A stretch of DNA of 63,984 bases, counting the filler, from Pirum gemmata (taxonomy: Eukaryota): the NCBI GenBank assembly GCA_002812295.1. It is 19 parts of 19 records of this genome, joined end to end, with 100 filler letters (N's around TTAATTAATTAA, not from the genome) between each part and the next. Parts side by side here need not be neighbours in the genome. Positions count along the whole stretch, not along the records: positions 1 to 3,154 come from PDIN01003385.1; positions 3,255 to 6,378 come from PDIN01003386.1; positions 6,479 to 9,573 come from PDIN01003387.1; positions 9,674 to 13,435 come from PDIN01003388.1; 15 more parts are not named here. One strand, 5' to 3'. The first letter of the stretch is position 1. Each line of letters opens with the position of its first letter. Positions 1 through 11,286 of this stretch are shown one piece after another. The position numbers and the translations under genes are program-made. The notes beneath the pieces were generated by a model, which was not told the origin of the DNA, searched no databases, and saw only the letters and a program-made list of their open reading frames with translations.

Positions 1-607
1 ATTTCTTATTTCTATTATTTTCATTACCGAAGAATGTAGGTTCTTCTCGCATAGTAAACTTTCTCAGATAATAAAAAATTGGGGGTTTTGTATATTATTT
101 GGTATATCCTCTTACTTACCTAAAGTTATCCATTTCACTCCTGGATGTTTAAGAGCTTGCATGACGTCGAAGTTTATCGTTAAGATATCTTGTTAATAAT
201 AATAAATAAATGAAATAAAATAGAAAGCACTTTCAGCGGGGAAAGTGAATGTAAGATTGTAAAGAGAGGTGTTATTGATAAATAAAATTTAATTTATAGG
301 TCTAAATATCGATAAAAAAAACAGCCCCAAAGTTGCCCAAACAGGCATACAGGGTACCTTGTTGTTGTTGGTTTGTTGTCGGTGTGTTGTTGGTGTGTTG
401 TTGGTGTGTTGCCAGTGTTGTATAGTAATAGTAATAGTAATGGTAATAGTAATAGTAATAGTAATAGTAATAGTAATAGTAATAGTAATAGTAATAGCAA
501 TAGCAATAGTAATAGTAATAGTAACAGTAATAGTAATAGTAATAGTAATAGTAATAGTAATAGTAATAGTAATAGTAATATTAATAGTAAGTAATAGTAA
601 TAGTATT

Positions 608-788
608 GTGCTTTTCATTTATTTTGTCACCCCGAATATTTATTTGGTCGTTTATGATATTTAAATTGATACTTTTAAATAAATAAATAAATAAATAAAA
701 TATACCAAATTAAATGAAATGAATTTATATTGTATTAATTTGGTGCTATTTATTGTATATTTTATGTCGACAAAATAATTGAAAAGCA
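608..788. mobile_element. MITE family D (~180 bp, TIR GTGCTTTTCA.TT.TTTTGTC)
   Basis: Terminal inverted repeats plus an internal palindrome TACCAAATTAA..TTAATTTGGT. Further copies at 11566-11746, 32034-32211, 32265-32449, 34827-35010 and 42660-42843, with partial copies near 15560, 20030, 22690, 35971 and 62660. Confidence 0.8.
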
Positions 789-1176
789 AGGTCTAATAAT
801 AGTATCGATAATATCACAGGATAATATCATAGTCTATCACAAGTCTATCACAGCTCTAGCTAGCTAGCTAGTTGTTGTTGGCAAGTCACGTGTTTTTTGC
901 CAGACGCATTTGTGCGAAAATGCGATTATTCCGCTAGCTAGGATCATTAATTAAGAACAATAATTGAATCAGAAGTCCCTTTTTCAATGCCTTTCAATGC
1001 TATCCCTATAGCCTCCCGATAGCTATCATAGCTAGCTAGCTAGCTCTAGCTAGGACTGTCTACTAGCTAGAGTGTCTAGCTATAGCTCTAGCTACTAGCT
1101 AGTAGTAGTAGCTCAGAGTAGTAGCTAGCTAGCTAGCTAGCTAGCTAGTGGAAGACTCTGGGAGATGCTGGAAAAT

Positions 1177-1322
1177 CCATCGAATCGAGACTAGTTTGAA
1201 AATTTCGAAATTTTTTCGATCTAATTTAAGTATTCAGGTAACTAAGGTTGCTAACACTGAAAAAACTTGAAACTCGAAATAAAAAGAATATCATTTCAAA
1301 ATTAACACTAACTAGGATCGAC
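1177..1322. repeat. Dispersed repeat family F (CATCGAATCGAGACTAG..TTTTCGATCTAATT..AAACTTGAAACTCG)
   Basis: Similar copies at about 33617-33770, 41545-41710 and 41745-41890. Confidence 0.65.
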
Positions 1323-1935
1323 CTACCATTTAATCCTAGTTATTCCTGCGCCATATCTACGCACACAAAAACTAGTCTATCATAACAATTTTTGCCACTG
1401 ATTTTTGCCGCCCTTCTTTATTTACTTCTTTAGTAGTTCTTTAGTTCTTCTTTAGTACTTCTTTCCAGAATTTTTGCGAAATAACAGATTCCATATTGAA
1501 GTTGGATGTCTTTAGTCTATAGACCCTCTACTAGCTAGCTAGCTAGTCTTAGTAGCTAGTCTCCATAATTCTAACTATCGATAATAGGCTATCGATAAGA
1601 GTTTTAATTAACTAAGGCATAATTCTACAAGCTAGCTAGTAATAATTATTCTACTAGCTAAGCCTCTATCCGTCAGAATGTTTTGGTATCAATTGATACC
1701 ATAAAAGTTTTGCTTTGAGAAACTTTCCTCGGGAAGTGAGCATCAATAGACTATTTGATCAGTTCAGTAGTTATTTGATTTTGTCTCAAAAAGTGTTAGT
1801 CTAACGAGCACGTTGGATTTTTAAGAGAAAACGGCATCAATTAATACTGGTATCAATTGATACCGCTCTGAGTCTCTGACTAATAGCTATATAGCCGGAA
1901 AATATCTGTTTTTTTTTAGGGCGTCACCTAAGTAA

Positions 1936-2101
1936 GGGAGCGTTCAAATAATCCGTCACGTCAAGGGGTAGGTAGGTAGGCGGTGTTTGACCGGAAATCA
2001 ACGTCGAGGGGTAGGTAGATGTAGGTAGGTAGGGGTATTTGAAGCTGTATTTGACCTGAAATTGGCGTTTAATACGTAGCATTTGAAGTTTGAACGCTCC
2101 C
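1936..2101. mobile_element. PIF/Harbinger (Tourist-like) MITE, family A, full-length copy
   Basis: TIR GGGAGCGTTCAAA / TTTGAACGCTCCC flanked by a 3-bp TAA target-site duplication (1933-1935, 2102-2104). Partial copies at about 10916-11035, 29668-29767, 30220-30340, 30549-30675 and 32617-32749. Confidence 0.85.
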
Positions 2102-3154
2102 TAAAACGCTTCCTAATCTTACATGCCTCTTTTGTCCAAAAAACTTTTGGTCATAATTTTAAAAATCAATTACTGCCTAAAACAGTTTTTAAATTTAAGT
2201 CACACTTTCAAGCAATTCTGCTCTGTTTAAAAATCGATATTTCGAGTCTATATATTAATTAATAAGTTCGAAATGTTTAAGGTTACAATTAAGTATTCAA
2301 ATATATTTATTTATTAATAAACCCGAAAAATAAGAAGAAATTTTTTTTTCAAACGGAGCTGAATTTTGGCTTTTTTTGAAAGCAGAAATTTGAGTTTTCG
2401 GGTTGAGATAACAACCCTGGAGCCTGGTGCTGGCCTGGCAGTGACTGGTGACAGTGGAGTCCGGGTCTCACCTATTTCTGTGCTCTAGTATTTCTGTGCT
2501 ATTTTTATCTCATTTTTATCTCATTTTTTTTTTTATCAACCAATCGTTGCTAGGATTATTCTCCAGACCAAAGTCTCCACACTCATTTTTAGTCATTTTT
2601 ATTGTGTGTGTTGTTCAAATTTTCTTCAAAAAGTTTTTTTTTTTCTTGAACTCCTTCAATGTGTTCAACTTCAACCCAAAAACGTAGACTCGAGAACGTA
2701 GACTCTAGCTAGTAGTCTAGGCTAGACCACAAGAGACTACCGTGCTACAGACCAATATTATGGTTATTAAAAAAACTATCAGACATGTTTTAATTAATTT
2801 GGTATCTTACACTTTTATTGTTGTATTTAAAAACGAGTTCAAATTATACACTTTTTTAAAAATAGTACCAAATTAAATATTGAGAGGGCAACTGACTCCA
2901 CATTGTCCACAACGGCACCCTAGTCTACACCCTTTTAAAAAGTTTTTTAAAATGAAAACTAGCTAGACTATTTTATAAATAATATGTTTTTACCGCAGTC
3001 CTTTTATAGTATACTCTTGCGGTAGGTAAAACAATACTGAAGACTATGTATGATAAGAAACAAGTACTTTTAAAAGAAAAAAAAGAAACGAAAAAAATCA
3101 AAAAATAATAAAACTTCTAAAGAACGACAATAAGAACCTGATAAGAACAACATA

Positions 3155-3254
3155 NNNNNNNNNNNNNNNNNNNNNNNNNNNNNNNNNNNNNNNNNNNNTT
3201 AATTAATTAANNNNNNNNNNNNNNNNNNNNNNNNNNNNNNNNNNNNNNNNNNNN
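3155..3254. other. Artificial scaffold-joining linker N44-TTAATTAATTAA-N44 (first of 18)
   Basis: An identical 100-bp unit starts at 3155, 6379, 9574, 13436, 16658, 19882, 23117, 26342, 29568, 32793, 36043, 39263, 42499, 45692, 48923, 52157, 57573 and 60792. The 12-mer places stops in all six frames. Confidence 0.98.
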
Positions 3255-3450
3255 ATAAATAAATAAATAAATAAATAACCAACCAACCAACCAACCAACC
3301 AACCAACCAACCAACCAAACAAATAAATAAAGATAAATAAATAAATAGCTATAGATCGATAAATTAATTAATTATTACATAAACTTGTTCACATACATAA
3401 AATTAATCAAATACATCAAATAAATTAATAAATAAAATAAACTAGTAAAA

Positions 3451-5091
3451 ATGAGTGACGAAGAAAATTTAGATACCGAAGAGAAAATAATATTCGACGA
3501 TATAGAATTTGGGGAACAATTAGGCGAAGGAAATTTTGGCGCAGTATATAAAGGTACTTGAACCTGTAGCTGAACTTATTGTTTTTCATTCATAAATTTA
3601 GTGTTAATCCTAACTACTAACTTCTAACTCATAACCATAACCTTATCCCTAACTCAAAGCTTAAACCTAAGCCTAAGCGTAAGCGTAAGCCTAAGCCTAA
3701 GCCTAACTCCAACTCAACCGTAACCGCAGCAGTAACAGTAACAGCGATCGCAATCACAACAACGACAAACCACACTCACATCCGTAACCGTAACCATAAC
3801 CACAATAATCGTAGCAATAACGATAACGATAACGATAACGATAACGATAACGATAATGAAAACAATAACGATAACGATATTTATAATCATAACCATAACT
3901 GTAACCATAACCGTAACCATATCCCTAACCGTAACCGTAACCGTAACCGTAACCATAACCTTAACCGTAACCATTACCAAAACCTAACCGTAACCATAAC
4001 CGTAACCATAACTGTAACCATAACCATAACCATACCCGTAACCATAACCATAACCATAACCATAACCATAACCATAACCATAACCATAACCATAACCATA
4101 ACCATAACCATAACCATAACCATCCATAACCGTAACCGTAACCGTAACCGTAACCATAACCATAACCATTAAAAACAATAAACAAACATAAACACAACCA
4201 CAACCACTACTATAACTAAAGCCATTACCATAACCATAACCATAACCATAACCATAACCATAACCATAACCATAACCATAACCATAACCATAACCATAAC
4301 CATAACCATAACCATAACCATAACCATAACCATANACCATAACCATAACCATAACCATAACCATAACCATAACCATAACCATAACCATAACCACAACCAT
4401 AATCATAACTATAACCACAATCTTAACCATAACCACAACCATAACCATAACCATAACCACAACCACAACCATAACCATAACCATAACCATAACCATAACC
4501 ATAACCATAACCATAACCATAACCATAACCATAATCATAATCATAATCATAATCATAGCCATAGCCATAACCATAACAATAACCATAACCGTAAGTTTAA
4601 CCTAACCGTAGCCATAACCGTATAACCTTAACCTTAACCTTAACCTTAACTGTAACCGTAACCGTCACCGTCACCGTCACCGTAACCGTAACCATAACCA
4701 TAATCATAGTCATAACCATAGCCATAACCATAACCATAACCATAACCACAACCACAACCACAACTATAACCATAACCATAACCACAATCACAATCACAAC
4801 CATAACCATAACTATAACTATAACCATAGCCATAACCATAGCCATGACAATGACCATAACCGCAAGTTTAACCGTAACCGTAGTCATTACCGTATAACCT
4901 TACCTTAACCTTAACCTTAACCACCCTAACCCTAACTGTTACCCTAACCCTAACCCTAGCTGTTACTTTAACCCTAACTGTAATTTTTATAATTTTTTAA
5001 TTTATTATTTTCTAATATTTTGAATTCTGATTGTTTTCAGGAGAGTATTTTGGAACCGAAGTAGCTGTTAAAGAAGTTTACCAACTCGAAG
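3451..5091 (+). CDS. Protein kinase, TKL group (LISK/TESK-like), first two exons only
   Basis: Exon 1 3451-3553 (G|GTACTT) and exon 2 5041-5091 (TTTCAG| ... G|GTAAGT) splice in frame to MSDEENLDTEEKIIFDDIEFGEQLGEGNFGAVYKGEYFGTEVAVKEVYQLE. This contains the Gly-rich loop GxGxxG and the VAVK lysine. Not in the ORF track. The subfamily call is tentative. Confidence 0.88.
3630..4975. repeat. Intronic hexamer microsatellite (TAACCA/TAACCG/TAACCC)n
   Basis: Fills kinase intron 1 and generates the MVMV/YGYG/WLWL spurious ORFs. Confidence 0.95.
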
Positions 5092-5095
5092 GTAA

Positions 5096-6110
5096 GTAAG
5101 GGTTAGGATTAGGGCTAGGGTTAGGGTTAGGGTTAGGGTTAGGGGTTAGGGGTTAGGTTAAGGTTAAGTCTATGGTTATGGTTATGGTTATGGTTAGAGT
5201 TATAGTTATAGTTAGGATTAGGGTTAGGGGTAGAGTTAGGGTTAGGGTTAAGTTTAGGGTTAAGGTTAGGGTTAAGGTTAGGGTTAAGGAGGGTTACGGT
5301 TAGGGTTAGGTTAAAGTTAGGGCTATGATTATGGTTATAGTTATAGTTAGGTTTTGGGTTAGGGTTGGGTTAGGGCTAGGGCTAGGGTTAGGGTTAGGGT
5401 TAGGGTTAGGGTTAGGGTTAGGGTTAGGGTTAGGGTTAGGGTTAGGNNNNNNNNNNNNNNNNNNNNNNNNNNNNNNNNNNNNNNNNNNNNNNNNNNNNNN
5501 NNNNNNNNNNNNNNNNNNNNNNNNNNNNNNNNNNNNNNNNNNNNNNNNNNNNNNNNNNNNNNNNNNNNNNNNNNNNNNNNNNNNNNNNNNNNNNNNNNNN
5601 NNNNNNNNNNNNNNNGGATTAGGATTAGGGTTAGGATTAGGATTAGGGTTAGGGTTAGGGTTAGGATTAGGGTTAGGATTAGGGTTAGGGTTAGGGTTAG
5701 GGTTAGGGTTAGGGTTAGGGTTAGGGTTAGGATTAGGATTAGGATTGGTATTAGTACTAGTATTAGTATTAGGGTTAGGGTTAAGGTTAGGGTTAAGGTT
5801 AAGGTTAGGGTTAGGGTAAAGGCTAGGGTTAAGGTTAGGGTTGAGTTATGGTTAGGGTTAGGATTAGGGTGAGGGTTAAGATTGGGGTTAGGGTTATGGT
5901 TAAGGTTATGGTCATGGTTATGGGTATGGTTAGAGTTAGGGTTAGAGTTAGGATTAGAGTTAGGATTAGAGTTAAAATTAGAGTTAAAGTTAGAGTTAGG
6001 GTCACAGTTAGGGTTAGAGTAAGGGTTAAGGTTATGGTTAGGAGTTAGGAGTTAGGGTTAGGGCTATGATTAGGGTTAAGGTTAGATTAAGGTTAAAGTT
6101 AGGGTTACGG
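5096..6110. repeat. Interstitial telomere-like (TTAGGG)n tract in kinase intron 2
   Basis: Perfect and degenerate TTAGGG units. Other tracts at about 10617-10678, 14513-14612, 14930-14995, 15255-15443, 16626-16657, 34002-34088, 41941-42003, 51590-51810 and 63154-63194. Confidence 0.95.
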
Positions 6111-6797
6111 TTGTATTTATAACATGAAAATGATAAAGCTATTTTTAAGTATAAGTGTTCTTTATTATCTAATATTTTTATACAGGATAACTATAGTTCA
6201 TAACATATCCAGACCCTCACCATAGTCCTCACCATAACCATAACCATAACCATAACCATAACCATAACCATAACCATAACCATAACCATAACCATAACCA
6301 TAACCATAACCATAACCATAACCATAACCATTACCATTACCATAACCATAACCATAACCATAACCACAACCATAACCANNNNNNNNNNNNNNNNNNNNNN
6401 NNNNNNNNNNNNNNNNNNNNNNTTAATTAATTAANNNNNNNNNNNNNNNNNNNNNNNNNNNNNNNNNNNNNNNNNNNNTAGTATTATTATTATTATTATT
6501 ATTATTATATTAGTAGTAGTAGTAGTAGTAGCAGTAGTAAATCCAAATCAATAGAAATTCATTTTATTTTTGTATTGATTGGGAACAGGTAAAACTGGCA
6601 AGTTTAGGGTAGTTTCCTGTACACCGAAACCCAACCAAACAATGGATATAACGAAGCAATTGATTGGAGATGATAATAATAGAAAGGCGTCTGCTATTCG
6701 TTTTTATGTAACGTTTTCTAATGATTTAAGAGGGTTATAAACACAAACTAAATCACTGATTGAAATTTCCATCATTTCTCGGACAATTTGCACCACA

Positions 6798-7630
6798 AGT
6801 AAATATATTCGAAATTTTCGATTTTGGTTTTTGCTTTCGAATATTTTGAAATCCTCTTTGTGGGTTATAAATCCATAACAGTTTTTTTTTTTTTTACTGC
6901 TGTAAATTGATATATTCGAAATTTTCGATTTTGGTTTTTGCTTTCGAATATTGCTGTAAATTGATATATTCGAAATTTTTGCTTTTGGTTTTTGCTTTTG
7001 AATATTTTAAATTGTAAATGAATATGTTCGAAATTCAATTTTTTTTTACTGTCACCTAAGTAAATTAATATGTTTGAAATTTTCGATTTTGGTTTTTGCT
7101 TTCGAATATTTTAAATTGTAAATGAATATGTTCGAAATTCATTTTTTTTTACTGTCACCTTAAGTAAATTAATATGTTTGAAATTTTCGATTTTGGTTTG
7201 TGATTTCGAATATTTTAAAATCCTCTTTGTGGGCTTAAATGAAAAGTAAATGAAAATGTTCGAAATTTCGATAACAGTTTTTTTTTTTTATTTTGCAACT
7301 TGATATAAAAGGTAAATTGATATATTCGAAATTCTCGTTTTGGTTTTTGCTTTCGAATATTTTAAAATCCTCTTTGTGTGTTATGAATACAAAGTAAATA
7401 AATATGTTCGAAATTTCGATAACACTTTTTTTAAACTGTGGAAAACTTTACACCTTAAGTAAATTGATATATTCGAAATTTTCGATATTGATTTTGCTTT
7501 CGAATATTTTAAAATCCTCTTTGTGGATTAACGAATATGTTTGAAATTTCGATAACGGGTTTTTTTTTTTTTACTGTCGAAAATTTACCCCTTAAGTAAA
7601 TTGATATATTCGAAATTTTCGATTTTAGTT
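6798..7630. repeat. Degenerate tandem repeat (core TATATTCGAAATTTTCGATTTTGGTTTTTGCTTTCGAATATTTT)
   Basis: The core recurs about 8 times at irregular spacing. Confidence 0.85.
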
Positions 7631-7975
7631 AAGAACAAATGTGTTTTGCTGATTTCTATATTTATTAAGCATTAAATTAAGCATTAAATTTACCATATAT
7701 AGTAAATAATATATTTGATATATGATTATATGATTAATAGGTATCTAAAATAACCATATACATCAAAATAATCATACTTGCAAACTTAAGGCTATGATTT
7801 TCATATACTAATATATAATATATATTGTATGATTATCAAAATAACCATGTATAATAGTTGAAGGGTTATAATTTTAGAATTTTGGAAGAATATAATGGTA
7901 TACATTATGATATATTATAATATATTGTAGTAGTAGTAGTAGTAGTAGTGGTAGTAGTGGTAGTAGTAAATCTAA

Positions 7976-8010
<35 letters not shown>

Positions 8011-8663
8011 CACTATTACCACTACTACCACCACTACTACTACTACTACTACTAATATTTATATATTATATTTATATGAAAAATGAAGGGTGATAATAGT
8101 AATATACATTAATATATGATATAAAAACCATACATGGGTTATGATGTTAGTAATTTTAAGGGTAGAATATAATTGGTTCTTGATTTAGTTCGTAATATAA
8201 AAACCATACATGGATTATGATGTTAGTATTTTTATGGGTATAATATAGTTGGTGGTTCTTGGTGTAGTTTGTTATATAATATAAAAACCATACATGGGTT
8301 AGTTTATGATGTTAGTATTTTTATGGGTATGATAGAATATAAAAAACTACTCTACTCGGCTCTCGGTTCGGCTAGAAAAAAAAAATCGAACATACATTGG
8401 AATCAGATTCAAGTCAAACTTTCTTTTTGCTCGATATTTGTATCGTAAAATATAAGGTCTAGAGCTACCAGAACTTGTTTCCAAACAGCCAAACAGCTGA
8501 ACTAGCTAGTTGATCGAAACACTATGTATTATAAAAATTATTTTCAAGTCTAAAAAAAACCTTAAAAAAAAAACTTCATAGACGTCATAGATGACGTCAT
8601 CTTACTTATTATGTCATAATACTGATAAGGGATTGAGGAATTTCGGGCTTTTTTTTTTTTTTC

Positions 8664-8911
8664 AACAGTCAAGCCGGATAAAATTGTCTTCCGCCAAGTC
8701 ATCCGCCATATAAGCTCAAAAATCCAAAAATATCAAAATTCTTCAATTTAAATAAAAGTACTACCAAATTGGGAGAAATTTTATAACTAAGAAATCTCTA
8801 TTATGACTCAATGGCTAGTTTTTAAGAATAATTTGGCTAGTTAAAATTAAGGTTTTTAGAAAAGAAGTCTAAAAAAAAATGATTTCTACAGTTTTATCCG
8901 GCTTGGCTGTT
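8664..8911. mobile_element. MITE with 20-bp TIR AACAGTCAAGCCGGATAAAA
   Basis: Right end TTTTATCCGGCTTGGCTGTT (1 mismatch). The internal sequence recurs inverted at about 60170-60400. Confidence 0.75.
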
Positions 8912-9112
8912 CATATAGTCATGTTAAACTACTGTTAAACTACACTTTGGATTTTCAGACTATTTTCAGTTTACAAAACTATTGAAAAAAACGTTAAAAT
9001 TTTCAAGTCCTGGCTAGAGTCTATCATTGCTAGCTTTATAACTACTATGAAAACAAGTAATTCACACATACACAAAGTAGCAAAAATAAAACATTATTAA
9101 TTATTACTAACG

Positions 9113-9480
9113 ATGACTTATCAACAAGTCATTGATTTATTTATTGAATGGTTGTCATTCGAAAAAAGCCCTTCACTACAAGAAATTAACCAAAATGACG
9201 GAGGTAATAATGATGATAATAAATTAGGTAGAAATATTCCTAATTATACAAAAGACTTTATGGTTGAAAAGTTAAAAATAAACAAACAATTTTTGCAACG
9301 CTTAGAAGATTTAGAAACATCATCAAATAATTGGTCTATTGACGAAAAGATTGATATTGACCTTGTTCGATCCCAAATGAATGGATTTTCTTTTTTTTGT
9401 GAAGTGTTAAAGCCCTGGAGCCGTGATCCCTCGTTTTACGCTACTATAATAAATGATGAGCCAGACACACCAAGAATAGA
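9113..9480 (+). CDS. DUF885-like protein, first exon (3' partial)
   Basis: YQQVIDLFIEW..IPNYT..W..EKIDIDLVRSQMNGFSF..VLKPWSRDPSFY..DTP resembles, as I recall it, the N-terminus of bacterial DUF885 proteins. The apparent stop at 9482 lies inside a GA|GTAATT donor followed by AT-rich intron-like sequence. Confidence 0.7.
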
Positions 9481-9673
9481 GTAATTTTATTAATGTTATT
9501 ATTACTATTATCATTACTTTTATTTTTATAATTTATTTTTGTTATTATTATTACTATTATTATTATTATTATTNNNNNNNNNNNNNNNNNNNNNNNNNNN
9601 NNNNNNNNNNNNNNNNNTTAATTAATTAANNNNNNNNNNNNNNNNNNNNNNNNNNNNNNNNNNNNNNNNNNNN

Positions 9674-10274
9674 TATTATATTGTATTCTTTGTATTATCT
9701 GTATTGTATTTTTTGTATTACATTATATTGTATTGCACTGTATTGTATTACACTGTATTGTATTGTATTGTATTGTATTGTGTCTTGATCATGTACAAAT
9801 ATGATTTATTAGTATGATTTATAAGAAATAAGAAAATAAAAAACCTTTATTATAAATAAATAATTATGAACATGAATATTGTATTGGGTTGTGTTGCGTT
9901 GTGTTAACGTTACGTTGTGTTAACGTTGTGTTGTATATTGTGTTGTATTGCGTTGTATTAATATTGTTTTACATTTATTGTATTTGTATACATGTATTAT
10001 ATATAATTGTGTTGTGCTGTGTTGTTTTGTATTAATATTGCATTGTATTAATATTTTACTATCTTTCTTGTCTTGTTTTGCGTTTTATTATATTATATTG
10101 AATTGTATTGCATTGTATTGTATTGTATTGCACATGTATTGTATTGTATTGTCTTTGTATTATATCATATTATATTGTATTCTTTGTATTATCTGTATTG
10201 TATTTTTTGTATTACATTATATTGTATTGCACTGTATTGTATTACACTGTATTGTATTGTATTGTATTGTATTG
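9674..10274. repeat. Degenerate (TATTG)n microsatellite
   Basis: Direct reading. It is the source of the YCIVL spurious ORFs. Confidence 0.9.
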
Positions 10275-11115
10275 NNNNNNNNNNNNNNNNNNNNNNNNNN
10301 NNNNNNNNNNNNNNNNNCATACTTATATCATAATATATGATAATCAGAGTTATTTATATAAAAAGTTATTCTTGATACACTCTTGAGTCTAGCTAGCTAT
10401 CATAGCTACTAGCCAGTAGAAGTCTAACTAGTAGTAGACCCCTCTAGCTAGCCAGATAGTCAGCTAGTAGAGTTTTGATAGCTACTAGCTAGGCCTAGCT
10501 AGTTAGCTAGTAGTATGATAGACCCTCTGGTATGATAGACCGCTACTAGTCTTCATGTATACACACACACACACACACACATGTATATAGTAGTAGTAGT
10601 AGTAGTAGTAGTAGTACCCTAACCCTAACCCTAACCCTAACCCTAACCCTAACCCTAACCCTAACCCTAACCCTAACCATATATATATGGAACCAGTTGT
10701 CATAGCCAGCTAGCTTATCAGCTCAGCCCCCGAGCCATGTAGTGCGTAACGCTGGTATGTTCCAAAAATAATTTTTTGGAAATTTTTTTTTTTTTAAAAA
10801 ATACTATGATACATCTAGCTAGCTAGATGATACATAATATTATGATATGATAATAATATAATATGATATCATATTAAATAATAATATTATCGATATTATA
10901 ATAGTCATATAACAAGGGAGCGTTCAAATACTACGTAACGCCAATTTCCAGTCAAATACAGTTTCAAATACCCCTACCAACCTACCCCTCGACGTTAATT
11001 TCCGGTCAAATACCACCTACCTACCCACCCCTTGACTGTATCATTGTATCATAATATCATGATATCTGACTATTATAATATTATGTATGATAACTACAGT
11101 ATCGATAGCTAGCTT

Positions 11116-11286
11116 AGTTGTCCTCTCAATCTTTAATTTGGTACTGTTTAAGTGTATTGTTGAACTTGTTTATAAAATAAAACATTAATTGTAAAATAGC
11201 AAATTATTAAAACATTTCTGATAGTTTAACCATAGTAATAATTTTTATTTCAGTTTTTGAACTGGACAACACTATTGAAAAGCACA
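11116..11286. mobile_element. Dispersed ~170-bp repeat family E (probable MITE; CAGTTGTCCTCTCAAT ... TTGAACTGGACAACACT)
   Basis: Copies at about 2750-2895, 33368-33536, 34421-34590, 52612-52770, 52779-52945 and 57860-57996. Short imperfect TIR GTTG(T/C)CC. Confidence 0.7.

Noticed and set aside
120..188. Possible 69-nt minus-strand exon (ILTINFDVMQALKHPGVKWITL) ending at a GTAAGT donor
   Set aside because: It could not be joined to neighbouring exons without stops, and no homology was recognised.
289..6373. Dipeptide-repeat ORFs (ITIT, MVMV, GLGL, VRVR, WLWL) and similar ORFs at 9948-10386, 26513-27355, 51297-51828 and 59262-59962
   Set aside because: They are translations of microsatellites, several inside demonstrable introns.
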